A program made the translations under genes and the position numbers. DNA of 64,000 nt from Octopus bimaculoides (taxonomy: Eukaryota), in assembly GCF_001194135.2 (NCBI RefSeq), contig NC_068983.1, forward strand, positions 101,453,019 through 101,517,018, given 5' to 3'. The notes beneath the pieces are model-generated. The model was given only the letters and a program-made list of their open reading frames with translations, had not been told where the DNA came from and ran no database searches. How positions within the stretch are numbered: the stretch's first letter is position 1; every line of letters starts with the position of its first letter. Of this stretch, positions 13,218 through 61,162 are shown piece after piece.

Positions 13218-13326
13218 TAACTAAATATAAAGATAACTGTACAGATTGATTCTTGGACCAAAATCAGTCAAAACTTTGAGGTTTTGTCATCACAGAGTGG
13301 AGTTATTTTCAGTTACTCAGTATTTG

Positions 13327-13925
13327 AAAAGAAGTCAGCTTCAATTAAGTTCTTTTTCACTGGATTCATCTTAAAAGGGTGACTGATAGTCATATATGTT
13401 TCATGCATTTTAAATTTTCTTCCTGTACTCTTAATAACTGTTGTCTGTAACTGACTAAAACAATTAATAGCCTAAAAGTTTTACCATTTACACTGCTAAA
13501 AGATGTAACTGGTTCACGTTATTATTTGCAACAAAGCAGCAAGAATTTTTATTGAAACATTCACCTAAAATGAAACCTTTCATTTTAATTAATTATTTTC
13601 CCATCAATATTCTAGATAGAATTATATAAAGAAGTCAGTTTCAATTAAGTTCTTTTTCACTGAATTTACCTTAAAAGGGTGACTAGTAGCCACATATTTC
13701 ATATACTTTTAATTGTCTTTTTGTACTCTTAATAACTTGTTTGTAACTGACTAAAACAATTAGTTGCCCAAATACCTTTTTACCATTTACACTGCTAATG
13801 GATGTAACTGGTTTGTGTTATTACATTCAATAAAGCAGGCAAGACTTTTATTGAAACGTTCACCTAAAATGAAACCTTTCATTTTAAGTAATTATTTTTC
13901 CATCAGTATTCTAGATAAAATAGTA
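13327..13925. repeat. Tandem duplication of an about 300-bp unit
   Basis: aagaagtcag..ttcaattaagttctttttcactg through ttttcccatcaatattctagata occurs twice head to tail. Confidence 0.88.
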
Positions 13926-14949
13926 TAAAGAACAGCAAAGGATGGGTGTGTCAGAGCCAATAATAACAGCAGCCAATCTGATAGATTGACTGATCTAAAA
14001 TCAAATTATAATCAACTGACAAGTTGTGAAGAGTTTCAGTTGCTAAGGTGTCTACACCTGATATAAAGCGCTCTGGTTCTGAATACTGTCTGACTCTGCT
14101 ACATTGAAGAAAACATTCGACCTTTCTAAGCTTGATACGCCAAACGGAAATTAGATACCAACACAAATATGTGCTTTATGATAACAGATTCAATCATACT
14201 TTGCAATTAACAAGTGCTTTATTTATCCATAATATTCACTTCATATTTTGCTCTGATTAATTCAATCCCCTGGCATATATATGAAACTGGGAATAGTAGA
14301 ACTACAGCTTAAATAATTTATAACTATTGGAATAGAATTCAAATATACTACTGTCATATATTTTATGATTATTTATTGTGTACCACTTGCTTGCCATCCA
14401 TGTATTTATTATCTTCAGTATCACTAGAAAGGGATACTTAAACTTTACATACCATGCACAATGTCAACTTGAGGTTGTTGTTACCATTGCTGAACCTCAG
14501 GTCAACCTTGATTCTGCATACCTATGATCAAAGAAGTTCAAGTCATGACCATCTTATCTTTACATATATCAGGAACTATATTGTTTAATGTATCAACTTT
14601 TTTGTCATTTAAGATACTGTGGTTTGATTTAAGGGCAATTCAGCTGCTATTGATAATAGGTGAGCAATTATATAGAGGTTCTGTTTTGGATCATGTTCAT
14701 GAATATCTTCTTAGTTGTTTGTCAGATGAAGCAAGACAATGTTTGTCATGGTCTTAGGTGTTTCTAGAGTGTCAGACACAGGAAATACAATGGCAGGAAG
14801 AGAACTCAAGTTATTGAGAAGCAGAGTTGGAGTTTTTATTGTGGAGATTAGGCATAAGATGTCTGGATCCGACAAATTGTAAAGCATGTGCATCAAATAG
14901 TTAGATATAGCTGATAATGTTAGAAATTTCACTAGAAAAATCAGTGTGC

Positions 14950-15560
14950 TAATTGGAGACAATATGATGGAAATACACTTTCATAATATATTAGTTGTTG
15001 GGGAGTGTTTCTTAATATGGCTTTCCTTTTCAAGCTTGAACATTTTCATCCATGTAGTGTATACACCATCTCACTTCTGCAAACAGCATTCTGATATTTA
15101 TTTGTACTACACGGTAGTCTAGACTGAAGAAGTCAGTATAGTTTTATACAGTTTATGATGATTGTTTAGAATTTTCAGGGATGATCATCAGAGTACATTA
15201 GGTCTAATATCTGCAGAGGATTTCAACCATGTACTGTTCAGCAGTAGAAGGGGTCAATCTATTGTCATTGTATTGTGTTGTTGGATGTAACTAAATTGCT
15301 TAGTTCCTTATGCAGAATATTTTCAAAGTCCTCATTAATAGAGAATGTGAGGCCTAATGTATTGAAATTGTATATAGATTATCCATATACAACTTCAGTA
15401 CATAAAAGTGGGCTTTGATGTAATGAAGCAAGAAAGTCAATATGTTCAAAAGATGAGACCTGAAAGAATGTAATGGAATTAGCTCGTATCCAGATTCTCA
15501 GACTAAACATAACTGCAGTCTTTGTTGATGTTAAAAGTAGCAACTTTGCTTGAAACTATG
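14950..15560 (+). mobile_element. Highly decayed non-LTR (APE endonuclease-type) fragment
   Basis: VVYTP and EDFNH (GDFN-like) remnants in broken frames. Confidence 0.35.
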
Positions 15561-16662
15561 TCATGGAAGAAAAACACTGATGTGTGACAAAGTTTTTTTG
15601 TCTCCTATAGATTTACATATCAGATTACATACAAGTGGTTTGGGTCCAGGTTGTAGGTCTCTGCATTTAAAAATAAGTTCAATGATAAAAAGAATTTTTA
15701 TCATTTTTGTAAGAACACATACCAAATCAGAAGACAATGTCAAAGATATCATTAGGCATGGTTACTGTGTGGCTTTATTTTCTTCCAAATAATATCCATT
15801 CTCATGTCAGTAGATATAATTATTTTATTGTCTCTCAGAAATGATATACTGGAGTGTTTACTGTTACAATTTTAGGGGAAAGAAAGGTAAAAGAAATGTA
15901 AATGAAATGAAATTAAATCAAAACTGAATTATGCACTCAGTTCACCAGGAACTTACCATTTATACTATGATGTTCACCTTTTTAATGTTTAGTGAACAAA
16001 ATACTTATCAAACTTGGTAGATGTTAATGGTTATTCCTGGTTGAACTTGTAATTGTTTAGCCCAGGTCAGTCCTAATTGAACATACCTAGGGTCGAAAGG
16101 CATTCCAGCCATGACCATCTTGTCTTTTTATTCAATCACAATATATAGTATTATGTCTTAAGTGTCATACTCTTCAAAATGGTACAACGTGAAATAAACT
16201 GAGAAACCATGCATAAGTTCTTCTACTCCCTTAGTATGTTTGTTGAAAATGGAATGAGATCCAAAATATGCTGCAAATGTGATATTTTTACAGAAAAGTT
16301 ACTTTCATAAAGTTGTCTATGTTCAGATAATATGGATAACATAAATATGAATTCTTGTTTTTGTTTAATCAGCCCTTTTACAAACCTCTCAGGACATTGT
16401 ATCCTTCAGAAATTCCATGTTTCTCAAAATTCATTAATACTATTCCTGATGTACCCTATGCACCTTGTCTTCTATATGGTTCTTTTTACTATTCACTTTT
16501 CTGTCTTTTTGTGGTTTAAATTCAGGAAATTATGCTTGCACTTCTGGCTTTCTTCACTTGATTTATTGTTGATTTCTGTCCCCTTTTTTCCTCTCTTCAA
16601 TAAGCTGTAGTACACCTGAGCATTATGTACAATAACCTTATTATTATTGTTGTTGTTGTTTA

Positions 16663-16885
16663 AGGTGGTATGCTGGCAGAATCATTGGCATACCGAGCAA
16701 AATGCTTAGTGATATTACATCTGTCTTCATGTTCTTAGATCATATTCAGCCAAAGTCGACTTTGCCTTTCATCTCTTTGGGGTCAATGGAATAAGTACCA
16801 ATTAAGTACTGGGCCCAATGCAATCCTAGCCCCCTCCCCCCAAATTTCAGGCCTTATACTTATAGTAGAAAGGATTATTATTATT
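16663..16885 (+). mobile_element. tRNA-derived SINE with gactttgcctttcatc..ggggtc..taagtacc central domain (MetaSINE-like)
   Basis: Shared with 31067, 44465 and 54965; (TTA)n tail. Confidence 0.75.
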
Positions 16886-17789
16886 GCTGTTGCTGTTAAT
16901 GATGATGATGATAATTAGTAAAATCATGACAATACCTCTGACACTGTGGTTACAAAAGGAGCTGTAGATTGAATGTACCATAAGTGTTTACAGCAGTGAC
17001 ACAAAAGGTAAGTCACATTATAGTTGACTTACTTACTTGAAGTGTTCCTTGTGAAACAGAATACAAGCTACTACATGCTCACTAGACCTGATAGAAATAG
17101 TGAATCATACATCAACATGACCACCACCACCATCTTAAAAAAAAATAGTGGAAAGACACATTGAATAAAGTAGACCTAGATAATCAACATTTTTTCCCCT
17201 TGTTGACTCTGGGGGTCAGGATAGTGGTCGTGATCTTTTCAGGCTCTTTGAGACAGGTAAACTTCATGTTATTAATGTTCTGTTGAAATTGTTGCAAATC
17301 AACCTGCGAAAAAGACATGAGCAAGGAGGAGATTCCAAAAGAATGATGTTCTAGGGATGAAGAACTAGGAACAGTGCTTAGGGCTAGGCCTGAGGTGGTA
17401 GATAGAATGAGTGACACGAGGTAGAGATATTGGTGGATCAAAAGTGCCTGGATTGAAGAGATACAAAATCAACCAACTCTGGGGAACAGAGAGGATGGTC
17501 ACTGTCCATTTTGACCAGGGCCAACCTGGAGATAAACAACGACAACAGCAACAACTTCATTGTATTTTTTTATCTTTATTTAAAGATGAAGGTAGGAGTC
17601 CATTGCCTATGTAAGTAGCAACATCTGAAGAGAATGGATATTGAATGCTCAACTGAATTAGTAATTGAGGAAAACAGATTGAACAAAATGTAGATAAGGT
17701 TTTAAAATGTAGATACAACAGGGAGGTGAGGGATGAAGAGATGAGTGTAATTGGAGACAATCACTAAGAGAGGACACTAGGCAAAAATA

Positions 17790-18226
17790 CAGGGTGTCCA
17801 CAAAGTCTGGGTACATGGAGTAAATAAAATGATAGCATAAACAATTGAATATAAGAAATAATAATTTCTTAAAGTATGTGTTAATCCCCATGTGGGTACA
17901 TGGAGTAAATAAAATCATAGCATAAACAATTAAATATAAGAAATAATAATTTCTTAACCCTTTAGCATTTAAACTGGCCATATCCGGCCAAAAGTATTCT
18001 GCCTGTTTTATGTTCAAACTGGCCAGATCTGGTCTCTCACACCAACCCTACAATATTGTTTTAAAAATTCACAGCTACCTCATCGAAATCTCATAGCTAC
18101 AAGATAATGCATGATTAGTTCAAAACAACGTGGATGAAAAAGCAGTAATTTTGGCAGAATAATGCGAACACTAAAGGGTTAAAGTATGTGTTAATCCCCA
18201 TGTACCTAGACTTTGTGGACACCCTG
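17790..18226. mobile_element. Tc1/mariner-type MITE with internal tandem duplication and a nested piggyBac MITE
   Basis: TIR cagggtgtccacaaagtctgggtacatgg / ccatgtacctagactttgtggacaccctg; TA on both flanks. Confidence 0.88.
17958..18178. mobile_element. piggyBac-type MITE
   Basis: TTAA|CCCTTTAG ... CTAAAGGG|TTAA; the empty TTAA site is preserved in the neighbouring duplicate unit. Confidence 0.92.
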
Positions 18227-19696
18227 TAGATCAGATAAAGGATTGTAAATGTAGATTTACTTATCAAACAAATCACTTAAATATTTCAGTATATTGGTGA
18301 ATGAGAATAGTGCACCATTATTATAATCTATAAGCTGTAGACTTTTACGGTATAAGTGTTGTGTGTTGCAACAAACTTCTGTCTTTGGTATTAGCATGTT
18401 TTTGATTATTTCAACACAAAACTAACTTGTTAGTTATAAACTATTGATCCTGAGATTTATTAAAAGAATAGTTGGGACAAAATATCTATGGGTGCCTGCT
18501 AAACAAGAACTTAATAGTACTAATTCTGGTTGGGAAATCAGAGGAGTCAATCCCCAATTTTAATTAAATTTTGTATTGTCTCCCCCATTTTAAACTTGAA
18601 TTATTCATTTGGGAAATTATTGTTCTCGCTACTTAGGTTGTGATTTTAATCAATATGCTAGCACTCACGTTGCTGCTAAGATTTATTAGATTCCTTAATT
18701 TCTTGACATTTTCAGCACAGAATTTCCACTGGATATTATTTCTTTAAGAACCTTTCATAAATCAGTATTGCTTAGGGACATCTTCATCAGAAAACATGAA
18801 TAGTTCAGTGCTAAGATATTCAGTATGGTAAGTAAAAAACATTTAATTAATTTAAATTACACTAATGGTGAGGAGAGTGAAAACAATATTCAACTAATGA
18901 TTAATTCTAGTGAAGAATGACAAGGGAGACAAATATGACGGTTAAATTGATTCTCGTTTTTGCGTAAAGGGATACACATATTATTGATCAGTGAATGCAA
19001 ATTTTAGCTTAAACAACTATGTTGGTTCTACATTTTCCCAGTTACAGTTGTTTGTTTGGGGGTACAACTGTTTAATACTAACAGTTAAAAGTAGTAAGAT
19101 GATAAAGAGCATAGAAAGCCTGCCTCCAAGCCAAAATTGATCTTTGACACTGATAGAAGTCAGTTTTGGAAGCAAAGCACATGATAAGACTGAATTCAAA
19201 AATTAGATTCAAAGCAAATGTTTGCAGGGGTTTGTCCATAGAGAAATTATGTCACAAAATTTAATTAGTAGAAAAATTGGTTAAATTATAAATGTCGCTT
19301 TTAGTACAGAAATTGACCATAAAATGAAAGAATACAGAGAATTAGAAAGTAGGTACAGGTTATACACAATATACCAATAGTACTTCTCATTTCCTTTAGT
19401 ACTGCTGGATTAATGAAGTAAGAACCAATATGGTAAACTTACAAATCTCCTTTTCAGTGGAGACCATCTCAGCAAATATTCAATTTATGCATCAACTATG
19501 CCAAGCTCCCCTAACTTTGATACGCTGCAAAAGTCATGGAAACTTTTCCACCAAAATGATTCTGTGTTTCGTTAAGAATAAATAATTTATTGATTATTTT
19601 AATATAAATTAAGCTTATACAAATTCACTATTCTGATTTATAATGTGATACTCTAAGTATTTCATGGTTGTATGTTTATTGGGACATATTTAGGCA

Positions 19697-19815
19697 CAGG
19701 TATGACTGTGTTAAGAAGTTTGCTTCTCAACCACATGGTTCCAGGTTCAGTCTCACTGCATGACATCCTGGACAAGTGTTTTCTACTATTACTCTAGGCT
19801 GACCAAAACTTTGTG
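19697..19815 (+). mobile_element. tRNA-derived CORE-like SINE, 5' part
   Basis: ggtatgactgtgttaagaagtttgcttctcaaccacatggttccaggttcagtc..ggacaagtgtt. Confidence 0.7.
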
Positions 19816-19899
19816 AACAGTCAGTCTTATATTCCTCTATCATGATCTGGGGAACAATAATAAGCAAGAGTGGGGCTAAGAACAGTCTTGATGGACACC

Positions 19900-20760
19900 A
19901 ACCTCGACAATTCTCAGTTGCTGACAGCATCTCTGAATATCTCACCCAAGCTAATTTTCTGCCTAAATAGTTGTGCTGTAACTCTTTATGGTACTTTCAT
20001 AACTTAGCTCCTCAGTTTGATACCTCTATAGTTGCTTCTTTATAGAGTATCTGCTTTGTCTTTGTCCTTGCAGCTGTTGATAATGATATTATTACACTAG
20101 TGATTGGGAATAACCTATTCCTGTATAACTTAATTGTCCACATGAATGTCTAGCATGTGTCCTTCTTCACCAAGTTTTTCAGTATCTTATCAGTTAGCCC
20201 TGACCATCCAGCTGCTTTCCCAGCCATATCTTTAATGGCTATTTCAACCATACAGCTGACAATTCCAGTTGCTGGTCCCTCTGTCTTCAATGAATTCTTC
20301 TCAGTTAGCAACCTCTCTTTGTAGCATTTTAATTACTTTCTTCCAGCATCAGTAAGGCAGAGTATACTACTATTATTCCTCCCCTCGCTGATGTCCTGAC
20401 TCATATTAGCACATTGCTTTGTGATCCATTATGCTTTATGCCTCTGGTTCTCATGGTACAGAACATTGTTAATCTTCTTGTTTTCTATTTCTCTTCTTGT
20501 TCAATATACCTAACACCTAACTTTTCTTCTAGAAACATGATATTGTTCTTTGCTCTTCTATTCTTTCCAGGACTGTCTTTCAGCTCTTATTGCTCTATCT
20601 ACAGCATGTAAAATTTCTCTAATTGACTCCTTCTTGGCAAAGTTTGTGAATATAAATTTGGCAATAAATTATACCCACTAAAGCGATACCTATTTACAGC
20701 TAGGTGATAAGTTGGTACCCTTCTTTTTGGTCAACATAAAATGTATTTCAGACATCAACT
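19900..20760 (-). mobile_element. Decayed RTE-like LINE fragment
   Basis: Minus frame TEGPA..VEIAIKDMAGKAAGWSGL..KILKN resembles the pre-RT region of RTE elements; many stops. Confidence 0.55.
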
Positions 20761-21115
20761 CCAAAACCTTAAACAATTCCAGTTAAGGTGACACAGCAGA
20801 GGTGGGAACAATGGAGGGATGGGGTTTGAGAATTCAATCTGGAGTGAGAAAGACATAGTGATGTCAATGAATGGGTTGGGAGTAGCTGTAACATCACCGA
20901 TTAAAGGGACAGTCATTTAAGAACTGTTGCTGATTAGAACCAAGACAGCTGTGATCCAGCAGATTTATGATTATGTTCTAGCCATGGCCATCCAATCTTT
21001 TTTGTATGTCAGGGACTACATATTGTCCAACATATCCTTTTTTTATTTAAGATGGCAAAATGTAATTTCAGAGAATTTGACTACTATTTCTAGCAGGTTC
21101 GGTGACTATGTAGAC

Positions 21116-21414
21116 CAGGGGTTTTCAATCATTTTTTACCTAAGGACCCCTTTGATTAGTATTTTATTCTGTTGGACCCCCATAGCCATTTGATGTTTAA
21201 CTAGCGTTTTATAGAAACTATTTAAAAAATTCTCATTTTGTTTTTCACTCGTTAACTTGTGTAGGTTGAACTATATAAAATGTTAGAGAAAAAACCCTAA
21301 CTATTTCTTGCAATATATACATCTAATGCAAAATTTTTTCAGGGGCCCTTAAAATTTACTATTTGGTTGCATGGACCCCAAAAATTTTATATGGACACCG
21401 GTTGAGAACCACTG
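21116..21414. mobile_element. hAT (Charlie-like) MITE
   Basis: TIR caggggttttcaa / ttgagaaccactg; degenerate 8-bp TSD atgtagac / ttatagat. Confidence 0.75.
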
Positions 21415-24400
21415 TTATAGATTATAGCATAGAAGCTCTCTTGTTACTTATTTAAACACAATGGTGATGGAATGTGTTATTATAAGATGGTAAAAGGAGA
21501 TATAACATGAAAGTCATTATAACAGATGTTTGCCCAAGTTTTGATTACTTAGTGTATCACTTTATTTCATGTATAATCATTCTTAGAAAGATACAGACAT
21601 TATAGTTTCCTATGACCATGTCTCTTACAAATGTCACAGTTCATTTATACAGAAGAAACTATTATTATTATTATGCTATTGTGAAATATTAAGTTATGAA
21701 TGAACCAAATTCCACTGAGTGATTAGACATTTTACTTGCCTTATTCAAGATATATTTTGAACAACTCTGAAGTTATATGCTTACTAAAGTATATTTATGA
21801 TTTCAATACAACTCTCATGACTTTTAGAAGTCTATATATTTGATGTCTTATGCATAAATAAGAGAGAAATCATTATATCTGAAGTAAAATAGCAGAATTA
21901 ATTCCACTGAGTCGATATCAGATTCTGACCCCAAGCAAAAAATACCCTACCTGTTGCGTAAAGTTATCAGGCTGTATCATCATTATTATTTATTAAAGTA
22001 TCATCTTGATTTCAATTTTTGTTTGCAGTCATTTCATTTCAGTTACACTTTTTATGCTCTTGAGAAATGTATGAAGAGTTCAGTATCCCATTTATTCTCT
22101 TATGTGAATCTGATGCCTTTATTAAATAAGGTTAATGAAAGTTTCAAACTAGATGTTATATGATTACTAATTTAGTTTGTGTCTCATTTTTCTGAATTCT
22201 AAATCTATTAAGATGGATTTTACTTTCATCCTCCTTAATCTCCCTGATTTAATAAAATAATAATATTTTGGGAATAAACTCTGTAACATTTAATCACAAC
22301 AAAAGAAAATTCGCTTTGTGTCTAAAGAACACAACAAATAATTTGAAAACAACAGAAACTTAAAGTCTCAATTTCCTTTCCTTTTAAAGTCGAGGTATTT
22401 CACAAAGAAATTATTAAAGCTTCATCGTCAATAAAGACAATATGTATAAAGAATAAGGCAAAGGACTACTAATCCCATTGTTTGAATTTCACACTTTACC
22501 ATATTGTTCTATGACTCTGGACAAGGTACATAACTCTGCTTACCTTTGTCTGGTAGGAAACTAAATTTCATTTCTATTTAACAATTTACCTGGGTTCCTA
22601 TCTCTGCAAAACAGACCACAACAAGTAACAAAAACAGCAATCTACACATAACATGTTGCCCTATCCACACAAACTTACTATCTATATAATAAAACAAAAA
22701 TACTAAAAATTAAAGACCACCTGGATCACCTGCTGCAGCAAGGTTTGACTCTGACAGTTCCTGTAACTACATGAAAAACTATTTCCAAATATCATATGTA
22801 TAAACAACATCCAAAAGCACTATTAAAATATCCTAAAAACACTATTCCCCCACTCAGCCCTGACAAGCGTAAGAAACATACAAAAATAGTTGCAAGATCA
22901 GTCCATCAACAGCAACTCTCATGTTCCGAGTCCAACTTTGCCCACCTTAGCTGTAGCCACTATTGGATTCTATGTGTATATTACAAGAGACTTGCTTGAG
23001 TGTGCAGAATAGTGCTCCATTTAGAAGGATTGTTCTACCAACTACTTGTAATAGGGTTGCTTGATCAAAGTTGATTTGGAATTAAGCAACACAATAATTA
23101 CTAACCAATGAGGGAGCTTCTGGGAAGAGCAGCCAAATTTCCCTTAAATCACAATCCATTGTCTTAAAGAGGGAGCACATTAGATAACGTACACGAAGAT
23201 CACTGCTAAAGAGACATGGGTGTATCTAGGGGTATAGCTTAGCTTAGCATAAATTCATGATCAAAGTCTGCTCAATGAAGACTAACCTGGGTCTACCCAA
23301 CAACAATAATTAAATAGTTATCAGTAGATAACCTAACTGTAAAAAAAAAAAATTTTTTACTTGAACAATGCACAAACATCCTAATTTTGAAAAAAGATCT
23401 TTTTTGTACTTGTATGGAGAAATGTTATAAAGCAGTTAATATAAATGTAAAGTAGCAAGCCTGTTGCACATATGTAATAAAGTAAAATAAAGGCCACTAG
23501 TTTGGCCTAAAAATAAGAAGCAATTGCTCAAAGCAAATAAGAACATGACTAATCTCTTTATACCACACATGTCTCAGAGTAAATGGTCATATGTAGCAAT
23601 ACTGATGTGGGTAAATATTTAGTTTGATGGCCAAATACACTAGTCATAATACTTAAAAATAGAATCATAGTCAGTTATATGCCTGCTTTTCCATGCTGGT
23701 ATACATTTGTCAGGTGTTTAATTAAACACGCTGTGTCTCTACTTGACATCTGCTCTGTGAGGCCCAGCTTCTTGGGATCAGCTCTTACCATTATTTCTTT
23801 GGTCTTCCTCTTTTGTAGGTTCTTTTCAGTTACATCATTTTTGACAATTTTTTCAATCAATTGTCATTCTTCATATCTACCATGTGTTCCTACTGAGGCA
23901 GTCTTCTCTCATGATATCTCTAAAACCCAGTTTTTCTCTCAGTTAAATTGTTCTGTTGTTTATGCTTGTTGACATTATACATTCAGTAGGACATTGTCAA
24001 CTCATTTCTCTTCAGCCTTCTCTTATCTTCCATATTCAGTGCTTATGTCTCACACCTGTGCATTACGACACTTCATACACAAGCATCATACAGTCTACCC
24101 TACATTTAGTAAGGAAAACTTGGGGTTACAGTGGTATGACTAGGGCAATCTATGTATAAGCTAAAGTGAGCAAGAGAGAAGACTGCACTGGTATAGACAG
24201 ATGATACATATGAAGATTTACAGTTGGGTGAATAAATGTCAAATGGTGCAAATGGATATTCCCTTTCTGTTTGAGAAAATTCAACCACTTGTGATTGAGT
24301 TTCCCTCTCACGGTCTCCTAGAAATCCAGTCTTCACATGTGTAAGGTGACAAGTTCTTGGAGAATTTCACCAAGAGTTTAAAACTCGTCAGATACCCACA

Positions 24401-25479
24401 ACTTGGCTTAGGCAACCTATCAATGCTGTTGACCAGGAGGTAACAAACTACTTCATACTACAGATGAGAGTTGAATGCCAAGTGGGACCTGATGGTAAAT
24501 GAGCTGAAAAGGAATAGGTAAGACCCCTGCCAAAGGTACTATCCTTCCCTGACACCCCATACATCTTACCACTAGTACAAAAAGCCAAAGAGAAAAGAGT
24601 GAGGCTGGTTGTCTGATATAACCCAAAGCCAAGACTAAAACTTCTTAAAACCACTGACAAAACAGCAGACCTTTTCATGTGGTGGTTTAAATAACACGGA
24701 CACCTGTGACAATGAAACACTGTCATTGCTATACTTTCCTTACTCATGAGAGCACATAGAAGTTTTAGCATAGGCAAGAGTAGTCACAATTCTCCAGCTG
24801 CCCACATGGTGGTGTCTTGTTGTTGTTCTTTATATGCTGTCAGTATCTTGAAGGTAAATTCTTGGCCATGTTCACAAACAAAGAACAAAGAGAAACTCTT
24901 TGTTTCAACTCCTTGAACTTTTTCCATTCTTTCAAAACTCTAGCTAATATGCATTCACAACACTACTTACACTGTTGAGTAGGCCACCTGGGGTAAAAGA
25001 AGCATTAACTTAGATGCTCTTACTACTAACAGTGGTGGAGGCATAATTGAATCTTATGGGATACTTTAGTTGAAAAAATGTGGATCAGAGAGATATATCA
25101 GCACAGGCTGTCTGATAGGAAACTTCAAATCCAAAATATGAAAAACTGGGGGAGCCCCCCAAGTTAGAACTTAGCTAGGAGCTAGTTAATCCCATAACAT
25201 CGGTTGATGTAAATTTACATGCACTGTGTACTCGCTTTGAATCATATGACGAAAATATACGCAGCCCTGTCTGCTGTGGTTTTGTACCTGTTTGTGTACT
25301 GGTTGATATAAATATCTGCTATCACTCACGGAATCGAAAGTAGAGGTCACCGTGAAAATTTCAAGGAATCTGATAAGCTTGTTAGACTCTTCATGTAAAT
25401 ATTACCAACTCAGTTCGCGACTTCATCACCATAATAGTATAAAAGCAGCAGTTTTGGCAGTTACTCCACTATTTCCACT

Positions 25480-25990
25480 ATAACTTCCTATCAAATTTAC
25501 ACATGTTCATCAAACTCTTCTGGTCCTTCATGGAATTTACAGTCACATAGAGCCACACCAGTGATGACAGTTTACATAAATAAACAGTGCATGCTTTAAA
25601 GTGGTTGACATAAATATATGCCAAACTGTTGTCATGTGCTAATTGCTGATCTCGGCTGAGATGATTACCATTATGCAACCTAGTTACCTGATAAAACCGT
25701 TGTCATGGGGTTAAAGGTATTGTTGATGTCAAGAGCAACAGCATTACTTTTGCCAAATTTCTTAAGGGCAACAGACTACTTGTATGTAATATAGGAATGG
25801 AAGTCTCCAGTAGATCTAGCTCTGCAAAAACCATATTTAGGATAGATATCTTTAAGGAGATTTAAATTGAAGAAATAGTGGGGTTAGGAGCTTGGTCTGC
25901 AGATAATGACAAGACCTTGTTCACTTTAAATAAGCGAATGGGATACTTGAAAAACACAAAAGAAAATCTTCCAAGCTGATGTTGACAATT
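25480..25990 (-). mobile_element. Jockey/CR1-like LINE reverse-transcriptase fossil
   Basis: Minus frame SVALKKFGKSNAVALDINNTFN resembles the ALDISKAFD RT motif. Confidence 0.55.
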
Positions 25991-26094
25991 CGAAGAATTC
26001 AAATTACTTATAATTATTTGACAGAAAAGTAACTAGAACTGCAGTCTATATTTCATTGCTCTCCCTTGAACAAATTACTGCTCATCATTAATTC

Positions 26095-26301
26095 TTCAAC
26101 ATTTAAACCAGCTATAATGTTTTTCCTATTTTATGTTCAAACTGGCCAGATCCAGCCTCTCATGCCTACCCTACAATGTTAGTCTAAAAATATACAATCA
26201 CATCATCAAAATCTCAAAGTTATAAGATAATGCAAGATAAATTTGAAAAAATGTGAATAAATGAGTGTTACATTTGATAGAATAATCTGAATGCTAAAAG
26301 G
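26095..26301. mobile_element. piggyBac-type MITE (same family as 17958)
   Basis: ttatgttcaaactggccagatc core; ends gctaaaagg|ttaa. Confidence 0.75.
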
Positions 26302-26974
26302 TTAAAAATTATACATAACTGATAAAAGATAAATTGACTAGAATAACAACAAATATTAAAAAAGATGTATTAAATGACAGCTTTAATATAATTTAAAAAT
26401 CAACTTGCAGAAAAAGTAATTTTGGCTGATTTATGATCTTCATCTATAAGATTATCAATTTCTTATTCTAAACCAACAAACAAACAAAAAAAAAACTTGT
26501 GTTTTCTCTCTGCAATGAAATATCCAAACATCTTATGATTAGAGCGAAGATATTCAAATACTGAAACTAGTTGCTTTTGAAAGCCACCTATTAAGATAGG
26601 ATGAGCTAGTAACTGAAACAAAGTTAAAGAACAATATTTAAACATTCTTAACTAATGACTTATAATAAAGGTTGAAAATTTAAAGATATAATATGAAGCA
26701 TTGCTTTTACCAAGTCTTAACTAAGACATTTTCTAACTAAAACAAGGAAATATATACAATGTCTTCAGAAATTGTCAAGAAATGTTTGGATAATGCAGGA
26801 AGTATTGCATGAGGAAACCATATGGAAAACCAAATTGAAGCAGTGCTGGCTGTTATATCACAGTCAAGATGTTTATGAAGATAAAATCTAAAAAGGAAAT
26901 TTCTTTCAAACATCAATCTTCAAAGTTAGCTTGCACAAAATAATGATCTTTCATCTAATTCAAAAGTTCAACGG

Positions 26975-26980
26975 TTTATT
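26975..26980 (-). promoter_or_regulatory. Candidate OPA1 polyadenylation signal (AATAAA)
   Basis: AATAAA on the minus strand about 285 nt past the stop. The hexamer is common in this AT-rich DNA, so support is weak. Confidence 0.35.
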
Positions 26981-27264
26981 TATACATTTCCATCATTTGC
27001 TTAGAAATTTGCTTAAATTACATTACAATAATTTTGTCATTAAGACAAAAAGTATGTTCAATGAACATTTCAAGATATGTTCACATTAGGGTACATAGCC
27101 AAAGGCCTAGAAAACACAAGTGGTAAAGTGTCCACTTGACAGGCACCATATACACTGAGCAGTTGCATCTATGTATAGAAACAATCCTTAACAGTGCAAC
27201 ACTCACAATGAGACCAAAAAAGCAAATAGACACAGCAACTTGCTATAACTAAAGTGAGTTAACA

Positions 27265-61162
<33,898 letters not shown>

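Noticed and set aside
24365-24400. Hammerhead (CTGACGA ... GAAA on minus strand)
   Set aside because: The GAGTTT/AAACTC hairpin consumes core bases, GAAA is offset from helix II, and there is no NUH or helix I partner.
23660-25200. Possible coding or retroelement region
   Set aside because: The GC content and composition suggest an old TE, but I could not recover a diagnostic motif in any frame, so it is left uncalled.
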